A stretch of 64,000 bases of DNA from Pocillopora damicornis (taxonomy: Eukaryota): assembly GCF_003704095.1 (NCBI RefSeq), contig NW_020845304.1, forward strand, positions 186,001 to 250,000, written 5' to 3'. The notes beneath the pieces are model-generated. The model did no database searches. It saw only the letters and a list, made by a program, of their open reading frames with translations, and was not told the origin of the DNA. Positions 62,177-64,000 of the stretch are shown in pieces. How positions within the stretch are numbered: position 1 is the stretch's first letter; each line of letters starts with the position of its first letter. A program made the translations under genes and the position numbers.

Positions 62177-64000
62177 CAGACAAGTAGATAAATTAAAACA
62201 ATGCTGGAGACGAAATTATTTTAAGAGAAAAGTGAATTAACACTCGAGACTACTTAATACAACGAATGTTCCTGCTTACTTATGGAATATGATAACGCTA
62301 AATTCTTTCGTGTAACATAAAATTCCCACCGTGTCCGCATTAAAGCAAAATCAGTGTTGTACTATACATTTGTATCCCTCTGATCTTAGCGTCACATTCC
62401 GCAAAAAGCAAAACATAAACCACGCGATTTACTTTTCAATATCGTGCAATGTTCCCTTAAAAAAGGCCTTTGTCTGACTGGGCGCACGGAAAAGCTTTTT
62501 ACTCAATCCAGAATCCACTCTTAATCTAGACAGAAAGAAAATAATATGTACACGGAGAGTCTTATAACAGAAATCACAGAACACTTACGATAGCTAGGTA
62601 ATACATAGGTCACAAGCAAATTGATCACTGGTAGAGATCGATTTGCGCAAAAAAGTCGTAAGCGTGGACTCACGTATTCATTTGCCTAAGCCACTCGTGC
62701 GGTTAATGTCTATGCCCAGTGTCTCTCTTTTTTCATTCACTCCTGACCTATTGTATTTAGAGACTGCGAGTATTCATATAGACAATAACAAATTACACGG
62801 CTCGTTCCTCATTCAAAAGGAAGTTAAGTCAATTATGTAGCTTCTTTAGAAATGTGCGTCTCATTTGCAGAGCAAAGTAATGCTCATCCAAAGAAGGTTT
62901 AAGGTTATTCTGTCTTATTTCATTGCACATTCTTACTGCGCATAATTTCACACGTAACTAGGGGCTGCACATGAAAAAATGGTGGCTTTTTCTCCATGAT
63001 CAGATCTCAGCAGATCCCGCTGGTAGGTAATTCGTCATTTTCTCGCAAACGGATACAGTGAATTTGTACAGAAGAATGACACGAAGTTCGTCGTGATGTT
63101 CGTCATTCATCTGTGATAATTTGCCTCGACTCTGTAGACGGCTGTTCACTTTTCATATTGTAACCTTGGACCTTTTACCCGGAGTAATCAGACAGATAGC
63201 CAGTCATAACCATAATGCAAACAGGTTAGGAGAATAAAAAACGCCATCAGCAAAGGAACATAATGTTAGTATAGCGAGGTATAACGTATAACGCCAGTTT
63301 CTCAAAAGTATCACACGATGCATGTATGGTAGTAAGGAGACTTGGTGTCCGATTTTGGCGATAGTGTTGCGATCCATAAAGTGTACATTGGTTGAACTTC
63401 AGAGCTTTCTCAATCAGTGATATAGGACACGCACCATTTTGATATCAGTGAAATAGAGGAAGAAGATGTCAAACTGTCCTAATTGTTTTGTCTAAGATTT
63501 TCAGTCTACACTACTTTTTATCAGTTCATCTCGAAAATTTGATATGTCTTTTAATGCTCGCTCCTCCCCACTCCAAGCCCGGATGCTTTAGAGTAAATTT
63601 CAAGGCATTTGATAAGCTTCAAAACAGCAAATTCAGCCAGAAGATATCCAAAAAGCAGAAAGTGATAAGGAATTTTTGGGGGATATGCAGACGAAAGTAA
63701 CCTGGACGACCAATGACAAGTTTAGATGGTAACTTCAAGAGGTACAATCAAATACTTCCCCCGAGATAATCAGTGAGTTTAAAGCAGTGCCTCGCTCATA
63801 CATAACAACGGCACAGCAACAAGTTGAGGGAACTGAAGTCTGCAGGATAATGTTGATATTAAGCGTCTAGGAAAGACTTACTCACAGGTATGTGGGTACA
63901 CGAAAAAGTATGCGCTAGGGTCACCTATGATAATAATTGCTCAAATATTTCGCTTGAGAGTTGCTCATTCTTTGGACGCTGAGAATAACAAGAAAACTGG

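Overview
AT-rich animal genomic DNA; the repeat families and genes suggest a scleractinian coral (inference). 160-22080: multi-exon COG5 on +, with about 145 aa of exons hidden in a 100-N gap. A complete TASK-like K2P potassium channel gene is nested antisense in its 7.3 kb intron. 32.4-62.2 kb: a cluster of five 4-exon Hairy/Enhancer-of-split (bHLH...WRPW) genes, here named HES-a to HES-e, in -,-,+,-,+ orientation; the cluster may continue beyond the window. The strongest unexplained signal is cis-regulatory. Four of the five HES promoters carry the same rigid array of two Su(H)/CSL-site + CCAAT-box units: proximal spacer always 12 bp, the two CCAAT boxes exactly 93 bp apart in all four. The same four have a distal CACGTG/CSL pair, three have a TATA-adjacent CSL site, and I saw no classical Su(H) paired site. 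These four proteins also share a (P/K)(Y/F)PSPPxSP motif resembling an Fbw7 degron. The fifth paralog (HES-c) lacks the promoter array, the motif, the Orange domain and key basic residues. The remainder is SINEs, MITE-like elements, a LINE 3' fragment and satellites. All exon coordinates were read by hand.
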